NCBI GenBank assembly: GCA_028282705.1
Contig: JANQHI010000008.1
Coordinates: 87,644-151,643, forward strand
From: Prolixibacteraceae bacterium
GTDB taxonomy: Bacteria > Bacteroidota > Bacteroidia > Bacteroidales > Prolixibacteraceae
DNA length: 64,000 nucleotides
Direction of reading: 5' to 3'
This document shows positions 52,287-61,275 of this stretch, piece after piece. Under the pieces are notes generated by a model. It did not search any database. It was given only the letters and a program-made list of their open reading frames with translations, and was not told the origin of the DNA. Position numbers and translations under genes: made by a program. Position 1 is the first letter of the stretch. The number at the start of each line of letters is the position of its first letter.

Positions 52287-53594
52287 ATGTCACAATTTGA
52301 AATAGTTATGCCTAAGCTTGGTGAAAGTATCCAGGAAGGTACTATAACAAAGTGGTTTGTAAAAGAAGGGGATACCATTGAAGAAGATGATGTCCTTTTT
52401 GAAGTAGCCACAGATAAGGTAGATTCAGAAATCCCTTCACCTGTTGACGGGGTGGTTTCAAAGATCCTTTACCCTGAAGATTCACTGGTCCCAGTAGGGG
52501 AAAAACTAGCCATTATCAACATGGAAGGTGGGGATGATGAAGGGGAATTACCTGCTGCTGGTAGCCAGCCTGATGATACTCTTGCTGTTCAGGTACCTAA
52601 AGGTGGTGAAAGCCAGCAGGAAGATTCCCAGGTTGAAAAAACAAGTGGGAAAGGGCTAAAATCATTATCAAACCGTTTTTATTCACCCTTGGTAAAAAAA
52701 ATAGCCAGGGAAGAAAACATCACAGTGGAGGAACTGGAAACCATTGAAGGTTCTGGTGCTGGTGGAAGGGTACAGAAAAAGGATATCCTTGGCTACATTG
52801 AGGGCAGGAAACTAGGCAAAGCTGCCCCAGTTTCCAAAGGACCTACTAAATCCAGGCATGAGCCTATACCTGTTTCAATTGGTGCACATGACCAAATTAT
52901 TGAAATGGACAGGGTTAGGAAGCTTATTGCTGAGCATATGGTTATGTCAAAACAGGTTTCACCCCACGTAACTTCTGTGGTTGAAGCTGATGTAACCAAC
53001 CTGGTGCATTGGCGCACAAAAAACAAGGATGCATTCCAGCAAAGGTATGGGGAGAAAATTACCTATATGCCTGTATTTACCGAGGCTGTAGCCCAGGCTT
53101 TGTCTGAGTTCCCTTTGGTAAATTCCTCTATTGATGGTGATAAGATCATCCTGAAAAAAGATATAAACATTGGCATAGCAGTTGCCAAGCCTGATGGGAA
53201 CCTGATTGTGCCTGTTATTAAAAACTCAGGGCAGAAAAACCTGGTGGGGTTAACCAAAGAATTGAATAGGCTGGCTATGGCTGCCAGGGAGAACAAACTC
53301 TCTATGGATGAAATTGAAGGGGGCACATTCACAATTACCAATTTTGGCTCTTTCAGGAATATTATTGGGACACCTATTATCAACCAGCCACAAGTAGCTA
53401 TCCTGGCAACAGGAAGTATTGAGAAAAAGCCGGCTGTAATGGAAACCCCAACAGGGGATGCAATAGTTATCAGGCATAAAATGTTCCTTTCATTGTCATA
53501 TGACCACAGGATTGTGGATGGGGCACTGGGTGGGGCTTTCCTTAGAAGGATAGCTGATATCCTGGAAGAATTTAATATTAACCGCGCAATTTAA
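52287..53594 (+). CDS. 2-oxoacid dehydrogenase E2 (dihydrolipoamide acyltransferase), probably branched-chain type
   Basis: The lipoyl domain has EVATDKVDSEIPSP. A peripheral subunit-binding domain is present. The catalytic motif is LSLSYDHRIVDG. Confidence 0.93.
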   Translation: MSQFEIVMPKLGESIQEGTITKWFVKEGDTIEEDDVLFEVATDKVDSEIPSPVDGVVSKILYPEDSLVPVGEKLAIINMEGGDDEGELPAAGSQPDDTLAVQVPKGGESQQEDSQVEKTSGKGLKSLSNRFYSPLVKKIAREENITVEELETIEGSGAGGRVQKKDILGYIEGRKLGKAAPVSKGPTKSRHEPIPVSIGAHDQIIEMDRVRKLIAEHMVMSKQVSPHVTSVVEADVTNLVHWRTKNKDAFQQRYGEKITYMPVFTEAVAQALSEFPLVNSSIDGDKIILKKDINIGIAVAKPDGNLIVPVIKNSGQKNLVGLTKELNRLAMAARENKLSMDEIEGGTFTITNFGSFRNIIGTPIINQPQVAILATGSIEKKPAVMETPTGDAIVIRHKMFLSLSYDHRIVDGALGGAFLRRIADILEEFNINRAI

Positions 53595-53601
53595 GCTAAA
53601 A

Positions 53602-55650
53602 ATGGACAACCAAAAAGTTCCAAAATTATATACCATTAAAAATACCCCAAAGGAGGTATTGGAAAAATGGTTTTACCTGATGGTTATTGGGAGGGCAATT
53701 GACGATAAAGCCCCCAATTACCTGAAACAAGCTATTGGCTGGTCATACCATGCACCTTATGCAGGGCATGATGGGATCCAGCTGGCAATAGGGCAGCATT
53801 TTGAAAAAAATAAAGACCATATTTTTATGTATTACAGGGATATGCTTACTGCTTTATCCTGTGGGATCACCCCTGAGGAGGTCATTTTGAATGGGATTTC
53901 AAAGGCTACTGATGTGTCAAGTGGGGGTAGGCATATGTCAAACCACTTTTCAAAGCCTGAATGGAATATCCACAATTTTTCTTCTTTAACAGGAAACCAT
54001 ACATTGCATGCAGTTGGGGCTGCCAGGGCATTGAAATATTACAATGTTGATGCAGTATCCATCAGTGTACAAGGGGAGTCTTCATTAAGCGAAGGGTTTG
54101 TATATGAAGCTATCAATGGAGCTGACAATGAGGAATTGCCAGTCATATTCACTGTCCAGGACAATGGGTATGGGATTTCAGTCCCTAAAAAAGACCAGAC
54201 TGCCAACAGGAAAGTCGCTAATAATTTTTCAGGGTTTAAAAACACAAGGATCATCCATTGCAATGGGAAAGATGTGTTTGACTCAATGAATGCCATGGCT
54301 GAGGCAAAAAGGTATGCTTTGGCTGAAAGCAAGCCTGTTATCCTGCAGGCTAACTGTGTCAGGATGCGCTCGCATTCCAATTCTGATGACCACCTGTTGT
54401 ACAGGAGTGAAGCAGAAAGGAACTATGTGGTTGAATATGACCCGTTAGCTAAGTTAAGGAGGCTTTTAATAAGGTATAACAGGTTTACTAAGGAAGAGGT
54501 AGCTGCCATTGAAGAAAAGGCTAAGGCAGGGCTAAAAACAGCCCATAAGGCTGCATTAAAGGCACCAGACCCAGACCCTGCAACTATAAATGATTTTGTA
54601 TTGCCCGAGGCTTATGAAGCAAAGAAATACCCTGACGGCATCCACAACCAGGAAGGGGAAAAGAAAAAGCTGATCACTGCCCTGAATGAAACACTAAAAG
54701 CTGAATTCAGGCATAACCCTGACACATTCATTTGGGGGCAGGATATGGCCAATAAAGACAAAGGTGGCATTTTCAATGTATCGAAGGGGCTTCAGCAGGA
54801 ATTTGGACCTAAGCGCGTATTTAATGCACCTATTGCTGAAGATTTTATAGTAGGTACAGCCAATGGTATGTCAAGGCATGATAGCAAGATCAGGATTGTA
54901 GTGGAAGGGGCTGAATTTGCTGACTATTTCTGGCCTGCTATGGAACAATATGTTGAAGCCAGCCATGATTACTGGAGGTCAAATGGGAAATTTGCCCCTA
55001 ATGTTACCATCAGGCTTGCTTCTGGTGGGTATATTGGTGGTGGGTTGTACCATTCACAAAACATTGAAGGCTCATTGGCTTCCATTCCCGGGGTAAGGAT
55101 TGTATACCCTAGTTTTGCTGATGATGCTGCTGGGTTGCTAAGGGTAGCCATAAGGTCAAAAGGACCAACTATTTTTATGGAGCCCAAAGCACTTTACCAG
55201 GACCCCAAAGCTGCTACTGTTGTTCCTGATGATTTTGAAGTGCCTTTTGGCAAAGCCAGGGTAAGGAGGGAAGGGAATGCCCTTTCTGTCATTACATATG
55301 GGAATACCACCCACATGTGCTTGGAGGCTGCTGAAAAACTGGCTCAGGAAGGTAAGAGCCTGGAAGTAATTGATTTGCGTTCACTTGTGCCCCTTGATAA
55401 GGAAGCCATTTTTAATTCTGTCAAGAAAACCAATAGGGTGCTGGTTGTGCATGAAGACAAAGTACATGGCGGGTTTGGTGGCGAGCTGGCTGCCATGGTT
55501 GCAGAAGAGGCTTTTGAATGGCTTGATGCCCCTGTAAAACGCGTGGGGTCAATCTTTACCCCTGTTGGGTTTAACAGGATACTTGAAAAGGCTGTACTTC
55601 CTGATACTGATAAGATTTATGAGGCTGCCAAACAATTGTTAGATTATTAA
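53602..55650 (+). CDS. 2-oxoacid dehydrogenase E1 component, fused alpha/beta subunits (TPP-dependent)
   Basis: 682 aa. The N-terminal half is E1-alpha-like (QGESSLSEGFVYEAINGA). The C-terminal half is E1-beta/transketolase-like (FNAPIAEDFIVGTANG). Confidence 0.9.
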   Translation: MDNQKVPKLYTIKNTPKEVLEKWFYLMVIGRAIDDKAPNYLKQAIGWSYHAPYAGHDGIQLAIGQHFEKNKDHIFMYYRDMLTALSCGITPEEVILNGISKATDVSSGGRHMSNHFSKPEWNIHNFSSLTGNHTLHAVGAARALKYYNVDAVSISVQGESSLSEGFVYEAINGADNEELPVIFTVQDNGYGISVPKKDQTANRKVANNFSGFKNTRIIHCNGKDVFDSMNAMAEAKRYALAESKPVILQANCVRMRSHSNSDDHLLYRSEAERNYVVEYDPLAKLRRLLIRYNRFTKEEVAAIEEKAKAGLKTAHKAALKAPDPDPATINDFVLPEAYEAKKYPDGIHNQEGEKKKLITALNETLKAEFRHNPDTFIWGQDMANKDKGGIFNVSKGLQQEFGPKRVFNAPIAEDFIVGTANGMSRHDSKIRIVVEGAEFADYFWPAMEQYVEASHDYWRSNGKFAPNVTIRLASGGYIGGGLYHSQNIEGSLASIPGVRIVYPSFADDAAGLLRVAIRSKGPTIFMEPKALYQDPKAATVVPDDFEVPFGKARVRREGNALSVITYGNTTHMCLEAAEKLAQEGKSLEVIDLRSLVPLDKEAIFNSVKKTNRVLVVHEDKVHGGFGGELAAMVAEEAFEWLDAPVKRVGSIFTPVGFNRILEKAVLPDTDKIYEAAKQLLDY

Positions 55651-55666
55651 ATAAAAACCAATATTT

Positions 55667-56173
55667 ATGGCAAAAACAGGGCTGTTTTACAGTTTCAACT
55701 CAAATAAGACCAAGCTGGCTGCGGATAAGATTGCTGCCGGGTTTGGTAAGGGTAACATTGATATGGTCAATGCTGAGACATTGACAGAAGAGGAATTCCT
55801 GGCATATAGCAACCTGGTATTGGGTGTCCCTACCTGGTTTGATGGCGAGCTGCCCAATTACTGGGATGAGTTTACCCCTGCCCTGGAAGGCCTTGATTTA
55901 AAAGGAAAAATTTTTGCTTTTTTTGGCTTGGGCGACCAAAAAGGGTATCCTGAAAATTTTGGGGATGCTATTGGCATTATGGCCGAACTGGTTGAAGCAA
56001 GGGGAGGAAAAGTGATAGGTTTAACTTCTACTGAAGGGTATACCTTTGAATCATCCAGGGCCGTCAGGGATGGGCAATTCCTGGGGCTTTTGCTCGACCA
56101 GGAAAACCAAGCCAGGCTTACTAAAAAGCGCATTGAAGGCTGGGTGGCTGACATTGGGAAGGTTATGAAATAG
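55667..56173 (+). CDS. fldA: Long-chain flavodoxin
   Basis: It aligns along its whole length with E. coli FldA (LGVPTWFDGE, FFGLGDQKGYPENF, GLLLDQENQ). Confidence 0.85.
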   Translation: MAKTGLFYSFNSNKTKLAADKIAAGFGKGNIDMVNAETLTEEEFLAYSNLVLGVPTWFDGELPNYWDEFTPALEGLDLKGKIFAFFGLGDQKGYPENFGDAIGIMAELVEARGGKVIGLTSTEGYTFESSRAVRDGQFLGLLLDQENQARLTKKRIEGWVADIGKVMK

Positions 56174-56187
56174 TAAATTCATAATAC

Positions 56188-56225
56188 AAGGGCTGCACCA
56201 AAAATTTGCAGCCCTTCTTTTTTTA
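56188..56225 (+). terminator. Rho-independent terminator after the flavodoxin gene
   Basis: AAGGGCTGCA-N9-TGCAGCCCTT is a perfect 10-bp stem, followed by CTTTTTTT. Confidence 0.82.
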
Positions 56226-56257
56226 TACTTTCGCAATGAATTTTAAAGATTCACGCC

Positions 56258-56731
56258 ATGAAAAAAAAGAAAACAATAGGTATTGTAGCACACGATAACC
56301 GCAAAAAAGATATATTGGAGTGGGTATCATGGAACTGGGAAGCACTGGCTTCACACAGGCTGGTTTGTACAGGTACAACAGGCAAGCTAACAGATGACAT
56401 ATTAAAAGAAAAATGCAGGGAAAACAATACAATCCCACCTGATGTTATGCGCTTAAAATCTGGACCCCTGGGGGGTGACCAGCAACTGGGGGCTATGATA
56501 GCAGAAGGGAAAATTGATGTCCTTATATTTTTCTGGGATCCCATGCAACCACAGCCCCATGATGTGGATGTAAAGGCACTCCTCAGAATTTCAGTATTGT
56601 ACAATATACCCACAGCTTCCAACAGGTCAACTGCTGACTTTATGGTTTCTTCTGAACTTTTCCATGAGGAATATGAACCTTTTATCAAGGACTATTCAGG
56701 CTATATAAAAAGGGATGTTGACCTAAATTAA
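56258..56731 (+). CDS. mgsA: Methylglyoxal synthase
   Basis: IGIVAHDNRKKD, CTGTTG, GPLGGDQQ and FFWDP are MgsA hallmarks. Confidence 0.95.
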   Translation: MKKKKTIGIVAHDNRKKDILEWVSWNWEALASHRLVCTGTTGKLTDDILKEKCRENNTIPPDVMRLKSGPLGGDQQLGAMIAEGKIDVLIFFWDPMQPQPHDVDVKALLRISVLYNIPTASNRSTADFMVSSELFHEEYEPFIKDYSGYIKRDVDLN

Positions 56732-56762
56732 TATGGCTTGGGAAATGATATGAAGTAGGTTG

Positions 56763-57929
56763 TTAAACTTGGTTTGAAAATCTCTTTGCAAGTACTTTGA
56801 TAGGAGAAAATTCTGTGCGCAAAAGCTTCCAACTCTCTTGTTTTGTGTGCAATAAGTTTATGATTTCATTCCTGTATTTTTTTATGGAATGGCTTATTGC
56901 AGGTGGAGATACTTTGTCAGGTTTAACATAAGCTGCAATAGTTTTTATATTGATTGTTTCTCCCTTGTTTTTAGCTATTTGTGCAGCTTCTTCATAGCGT
57001 TGCAAGAAATCAGCTGCCCTTTCTTGCCTCTTTGTACTGATGTCAAGCCCTTTATTCTTTCTATAAATACATAATTCAATATGTACAGGTTTTATATTAA
57101 TGGTTTGTCCCATGTCCAGTGGTTTTAAGTCTTCAATAGCATCATAAAATGAAGCTTTTAGATGATCTATGCCATTTTTATAGTCCAGTATAAATTTTTT
57201 GGTTTCTTCTGTCAGGATAAACCTTTTGTTTGAATCTATCTCAGCATTCCTTATTATTTCCTCGAATTCTTTCAATATTTCACTCTTCTTGCTTTTCTTT
57301 AATTTTTCCTTTTCTGTTTTTAAAATTTCATTGTAGGTAAATAATTGGCTGATGTAAGAATTGTGGTGCTCAATCTGTTTTGTATAATGCCCTGATATTT
57401 TTACAATTTCCTTAAGGTACGGATAGGTCATATTGAAGTAGGATAGGATCAGTTGGTTTGATTTTGTTTTTAAGCTGGGTTTTCCCAATACATCAGAATA
57501 ATTTGATTGGATTCTATCCATTAAACCTTTGGTAATTAATATGTATATAAAATCCCATTTACCATCAATTGAGCTTGGTATATGTAATGTAAAGACAATT
57601 TTCTTAACACTCTTATCAGGCTGGTTATAAAAAGAAAGCTGTTGTTTTGAAAACCTCAAATAGATATCCCTGGGAAGTTCGTTTATATTTTGCACACTGA
57701 ATTCTGTTAAGCTGCCTTCCCGGTCAGGGATAGCATCAGTTTTCTTGTTTACCAAAAATGAATCTTTAAACTTTCCCTTGCTATAATGCTTGACTTTCAG
57801 GTTTTTGGAATTTTTTTTAGGCAGGTAATAAAGGGCTATAGAGAGGTCTTCGCAATCCAGGATTTGTTTTAATGTAAATAGGATTAAAACTGAGGGGCAT
57901 AACTCCTGGTTTTGAGGTATATGATGCAT
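56763..57929 (-). CDS. Orphan hypothetical protein, 388 aa, low GC
   Basis: A long ORF with no family motif I recognise. The centre is Lys/Glu-rich and coiled-coil-like. The C-terminus may contain an HTH (VSPPAISHSIKKYRNEI). Confidence 0.55.
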   Translation of the reverse strand: MHHIPQNQELCPSVLILFTLKQILDCEDLSIALYYLPKKNSKNLKVKHYSKGKFKDSFLVNKKTDAIPDREGSLTEFSVQNINELPRDIYLRFSKQQLSFYNQPDKSVKKIVFTLHIPSSIDGKWDFIYILITKGLMDRIQSNYSDVLGKPSLKTKSNQLILSYFNMTYPYLKEIVKISGHYTKQIEHHNSYISQLFTYNEILKTEKEKLKKSKKSEILKEFEEIIRNAEIDSNKRFILTEETKKFILDYKNGIDHLKASFYDAIEDLKPLDMGQTINIKPVHIELCIYRKNKGLDISTKRQERAADFLQRYEEAAQIAKNKGETINIKTIAAYVKPDKVSPPAISHSIKKYRNEIINLLHTKQESWKLLRTEFSPIKVLAKRFSNQV

Positions 57930-58134
57930 AATCCCAAAGTTATTATTAATTACTTAATTAAGCAAAATTATATTTAATTTATTTGTTAGTTTTATTATTA
58001 ATAATTCAATTAAATGTATTTCTATTCAATATTCCTTTTGGTTAATTAAACCCCACTTTTTTGTTTAACTGGGTAATAAACCACTGATATTGTTATACAT
58101 TAGTGATGTATATAAAAGGATTTCTCATAAGGTT

Positions 58135-58929
58135 ATGAAAAGGAAAACATTTGGAGTGTTGAACACTAGGTTGAATAATTTTAAATATATAGAAGATAGC
58201 TTTTATAATTTCTGTTTAGCCTATTTTGACGACCAGGTTGAAGGTAAATATGTTGCTATAAGCTTCCCTAAAGTACCTGTAAATTTGGCTATGGGTAACT
58301 TACAGGATATGGCCATTTTTATTATTGATTACCTGGTTATAAGCTATCTCAGGATTTTTATTGCGAAAACCCCATTTTATAAAGTCAGGGATTATAACAA
58401 TGATTATTTGTGTATGTTGTTAAGGCGAAGGCTCTCCACTTCTGCCCATGCCCAGTATCTATTGAAAAGAGTATTGGTTTATAAGTTAGCTCAAATATAT
58501 ATTAACCACTTAAAATCAACTAATATGGATATATTTACTTCTGTACATTTAAACGAGGTAAAGGACTTATTAAATGAGTTCTGGTTCTATTTTTATGATG
58601 ATTTGCCACAAAGAGGGTTTTTAGATTATAAGGTTACCACCCCTATGGTCTATATTTATCTAAAAAATTTTGGGTATTCAAACCCAGATTTCTTGGAATT
58701 GGTAATAAGATATGTTTTTAGGGTGCTATTTGTAAGGAAAATCTTATTTAGTAAAGAGCCAAGTTGCCCACAAAAAGCAGGGCATTATTGGAAGATGGGG
58801 GATGATGTTTTTAGCAATACAGGGCTAATTAACCAAGGATGCCCAATTATTAAATTGGTTATCATTTCCAGCCTTCATCCCAAAGCAATGAAAAAACCTT
58901 ACATTTGCTTTTGTTATTACCTTAACTAA
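58135..58929 (+). CDS. Orphan hypothetical protein, about 264 aa, low GC
   Basis: An ORF from the first ATG; the track's TTG start is at 58090. I recognise no family. It contains RRRLSTSAH, which fits the R-x4-6-H pattern. Confidence 0.5.
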   Translation: MKRKTFGVLNTRLNNFKYIEDSFYNFCLAYFDDQVEGKYVAISFPKVPVNLAMGNLQDMAIFIIDYLVISYLRIFIAKTPFYKVRDYNNDYLCMLLRRRLSTSAHAQYLLKRVLVYKLAQIYINHLKSTNMDIFTSVHLNEVKDLLNEFWFYFYDDLPQRGFLDYKVTTPMVYIYLKNFGYSNPDFLELVIRYVFRVLFVRKILFSKEPSCPQKAGHYWKMGDDVFSNTGLINQGCPIIKLVIISSLHPKAMKKPYICFCYYLN

Positions 58930-58933
58930 ATGG

Positions 58934-59359
58934 ATGGGAAAAAAGTCTAAAAAGTTTTTGAACCTACCCCAATACCTTGGAGGGAAGGAGGAGTTTAAAA
59001 AGTTCATTAAAGAAAACCTGGTATACCCTGAAGAGGCAAAAAAAGCTGGGGTTGAAGGCACTGTGTACCTAAAGGCAGAGGTAGATGACAATGGGAAAGT
59101 CCTTACAGTAGGGGTTGAAAAAGGGCTGGGCTATGGTTGTGATGAAGAGGCCATAAGGCTGGTTAAGCTAATGAAATTTGGGGCTGTCAAAAACATTGGG
59201 AAAAGGGTAAAAACCAAAAAAAGGTTAAGGATTAATTTTAAGCTTGATAAACAAAATAAAAAGGAAATTACTTATTCTTACAAGGTTGAAAATAAAGGTA
59301 AAAAGCCAGCCGAAAAGGGGAAATACAATTATACTATAACTTTTAATAAACCAAAATAA
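58934..59359 (+). CDS. Stand-alone TonB C-terminal domain protein
   Basis: YPEEAKKAGVEGTVYLKAEVDDNGKV...GLGYGCDEEAIRLVKLM is TonB_C-like. There is no N-terminal TM helix or signal peptide, and the tail is Lys-rich. Confidence 0.72.
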   Translation: MGKKSKKFLNLPQYLGGKEEFKKFIKENLVYPEEAKKAGVEGTVYLKAEVDDNGKVLTVGVEKGLGYGCDEEAIRLVKLMKFGAVKNIGKRVKTKKRLRINFKLDKQNKKEITYSYKVENKGKKPAEKGKYNYTITFNKPK

Positions 59360-59380
59360 GTATCAATATATCAATTGTTT

Positions 59381-60226
59381 ATGACAGGAAGAAAAATAAT
59401 CTTTACCGTTTTTTTTATAATAAGTTTGATTGGAAATATTCCTGCTAAAGGGGTCAAAACAAGCCATCAAAAAGTATATAAACTGAATTATAAATATGAA
59501 GCACCTTTGACAGCAGGGTTATTTGTATTGAATTATGCAGGCTTTGAAAGTTTACGTAAAAAACCCACCCTTGACTCTTTAACTATCCTTCAATTGGATG
59601 CCAATAAAATATGGTGGTTTGATAGGGGGGCTACCAAACAGGATGCATCCAAACGCCAGGGGGCACATGAATTTTCAGACCTGGCAATGAACATTACTTT
59701 TTTGCTGCCTGCCCTCCTGGCTATTGATGATGAAATAAGGAAAGACTGGTTTGACCTGTTGCTATTGTACCTTGAAACAGAGGCTATTGGTAGTACTTTT
59801 TATGCCTGGGGTCCTACCCAGTGGACCAAAAGGAAACGCCCAATGCTGTATAACCCTGATGTGGAGTGGGGTCAAAAACTTAGGTCTGGCTCTACTGATT
59901 CATTTTTTAGCGGGCACACTTCATTTGCTGCAACTGCAACTTTTTTTGCTGCCAAAGTATATTGTGACTACCACCCTGAGCTAGGGAAAAAGAAATGGCT
60001 GGTATATGGTGCTGCTTCTATCCCTCCTGCCATTGTTGGTATTTACAGGTACAAAGCTATGAAGCATTTCCCAACAGATATTATAACTGGCTTCCTGGTA
60101 GGTGCTGGGGTGGGCATTGCCATCCCAGAGCTCCATAAAATAAAAACGCCTGAAAACCTGGATATTTCATTGGTTTCAGGTGGTTATGCAGGTATAAGGC
60201 TCTGTTATACTTTTCCTGTAAAATAA
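59381..60226 (+). CDS. PAP2 family phosphatase
   Basis: The three PAP2 motifs are KRKRP, SGH (FFSGHTS) and YRYKAMKHFPTD. A signal or TM segment lies at the N-terminus. The start is set at the ATG (MTGRK). Confidence 0.85.
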   Translation: MTGRKIIFTVFFIISLIGNIPAKGVKTSHQKVYKLNYKYEAPLTAGLFVLNYAGFESLRKKPTLDSLTILQLDANKIWWFDRGATKQDASKRQGAHEFSDLAMNITFLLPALLAIDDEIRKDWFDLLLLYLETEAIGSTFYAWGPTQWTKRKRPMLYNPDVEWGQKLRSGSTDSFFSGHTSFAATATFFAAKVYCDYHPELGKKKWLVYGAASIPPAIVGIYRYKAMKHFPTDIITGFLVGAGVGIAIPELHKIKTPENLDISLVSGGYAGIRLCYTFPVK

Positions 60227-60324
60227 AAAGGATATATTATCTCATATATTTCTTAAACTATTCCCCTAAATGCCCGTTACACTATTTTGATAAAGGGTAG
60301 CAAGCAATTTTTAAATATATATTT

Positions 60325-61185
60325 ATGAAGATAGCAGTAACAGCAGCAAGTGGTGGCTTGGGAGCAGCTATTTCCAAGGCTTTAATTGCCCATGTAGGGA
60401 AAAGTAATGTTGTTGGCATAGCAAGGTCACCTGAAAAAGCAAAAGGGCTGGGTATTGGAATCAGGCAAGGAGATTATAACAATAAAACACAGCTTATTGA
60501 AGCCTTGCAACGGGTTGAGGTTGTATTGCTGGTTTCAGGCATGGATGCCCCTGAGAAAAGGGTACAGCAACACAGGAATGTAATTGAAGCAGCCAAAGAA
60601 GCAGGGGTAAGGAAGGTTGTTTATACCAGTATCTTTGGCAAACCTGGGGGGTCAATGTTTGATGCCATTATTAACAGCAACAGGCAAACTGAAGAAGACT
60701 TAAAAAGTAGTGGGCTGGAATGGTCTATTGGCAGGAATGGCCTGTACCTTGAACCTGACCTGGAATATATCCCTCACTATGTAAAAGCAGGGAAGATATG
60801 GAATTGTGCAGGCAATGGTAAATGTGGCTATACAACCCGTGAAGACCTGGCTTATGCTTATGCCCAAATGATATTGGATGATGGGAAAAATGGCAAAACA
60901 TTTACACTAACAGGCGAAAATATTACCCAGCACCAATTAACCCAATCTATCAATAAAGTATTTGGTACCAACCTGGTTTATGAGCCCCTTTCAATTGAGG
61001 CCTATAAAAAGGACAGGGTAGGTGAATTAGGCGGGTTTTTAGGGGCAATAGTGGCTTCCATTTATGAACACATTGGCAATGGTGTGTTTGAAGTAAAATC
61101 TAATTACCTGGAAGCAGCAGGGAAGGAGCATACAGGCTTCATTGAATATATGGAAAAATGGAAACAAAAGGATGCAGGTTCTTGA
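60325..61185 (+). CDS. NmrA-like/atypical SDR NAD(P)-binding protein
   Basis: MKIAVTAASGGLGAAI is a Rossmann GxxGxxG variant. The length and block order fit NmrA-like proteins. Confidence 0.82.
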   Translation: MKIAVTAASGGLGAAISKALIAHVGKSNVVGIARSPEKAKGLGIGIRQGDYNNKTQLIEALQRVEVVLLVSGMDAPEKRVQQHRNVIEAAKEAGVRKVVYTSIFGKPGGSMFDAIINSNRQTEEDLKSSGLEWSIGRNGLYLEPDLEYIPHYVKAGKIWNCAGNGKCGYTTREDLAYAYAQMILDDGKNGKTFTLTGENITQHQLTQSINKVFGTNLVYEPLSIEAYKKDRVGELGGFLGAIVASIYEHIGNGVFEVKSNYLEAAGKEHTGFIEYMEKWKQKDAGS

Positions 61186-61275
61186 TTTGAAAGGCTGCCT
61201 TAAAAAATATTGGGTCTATTTTTATAAAAACTATTCTTGAATGCAATTGTTATTGGTGGTAATAAAACATGCTGC

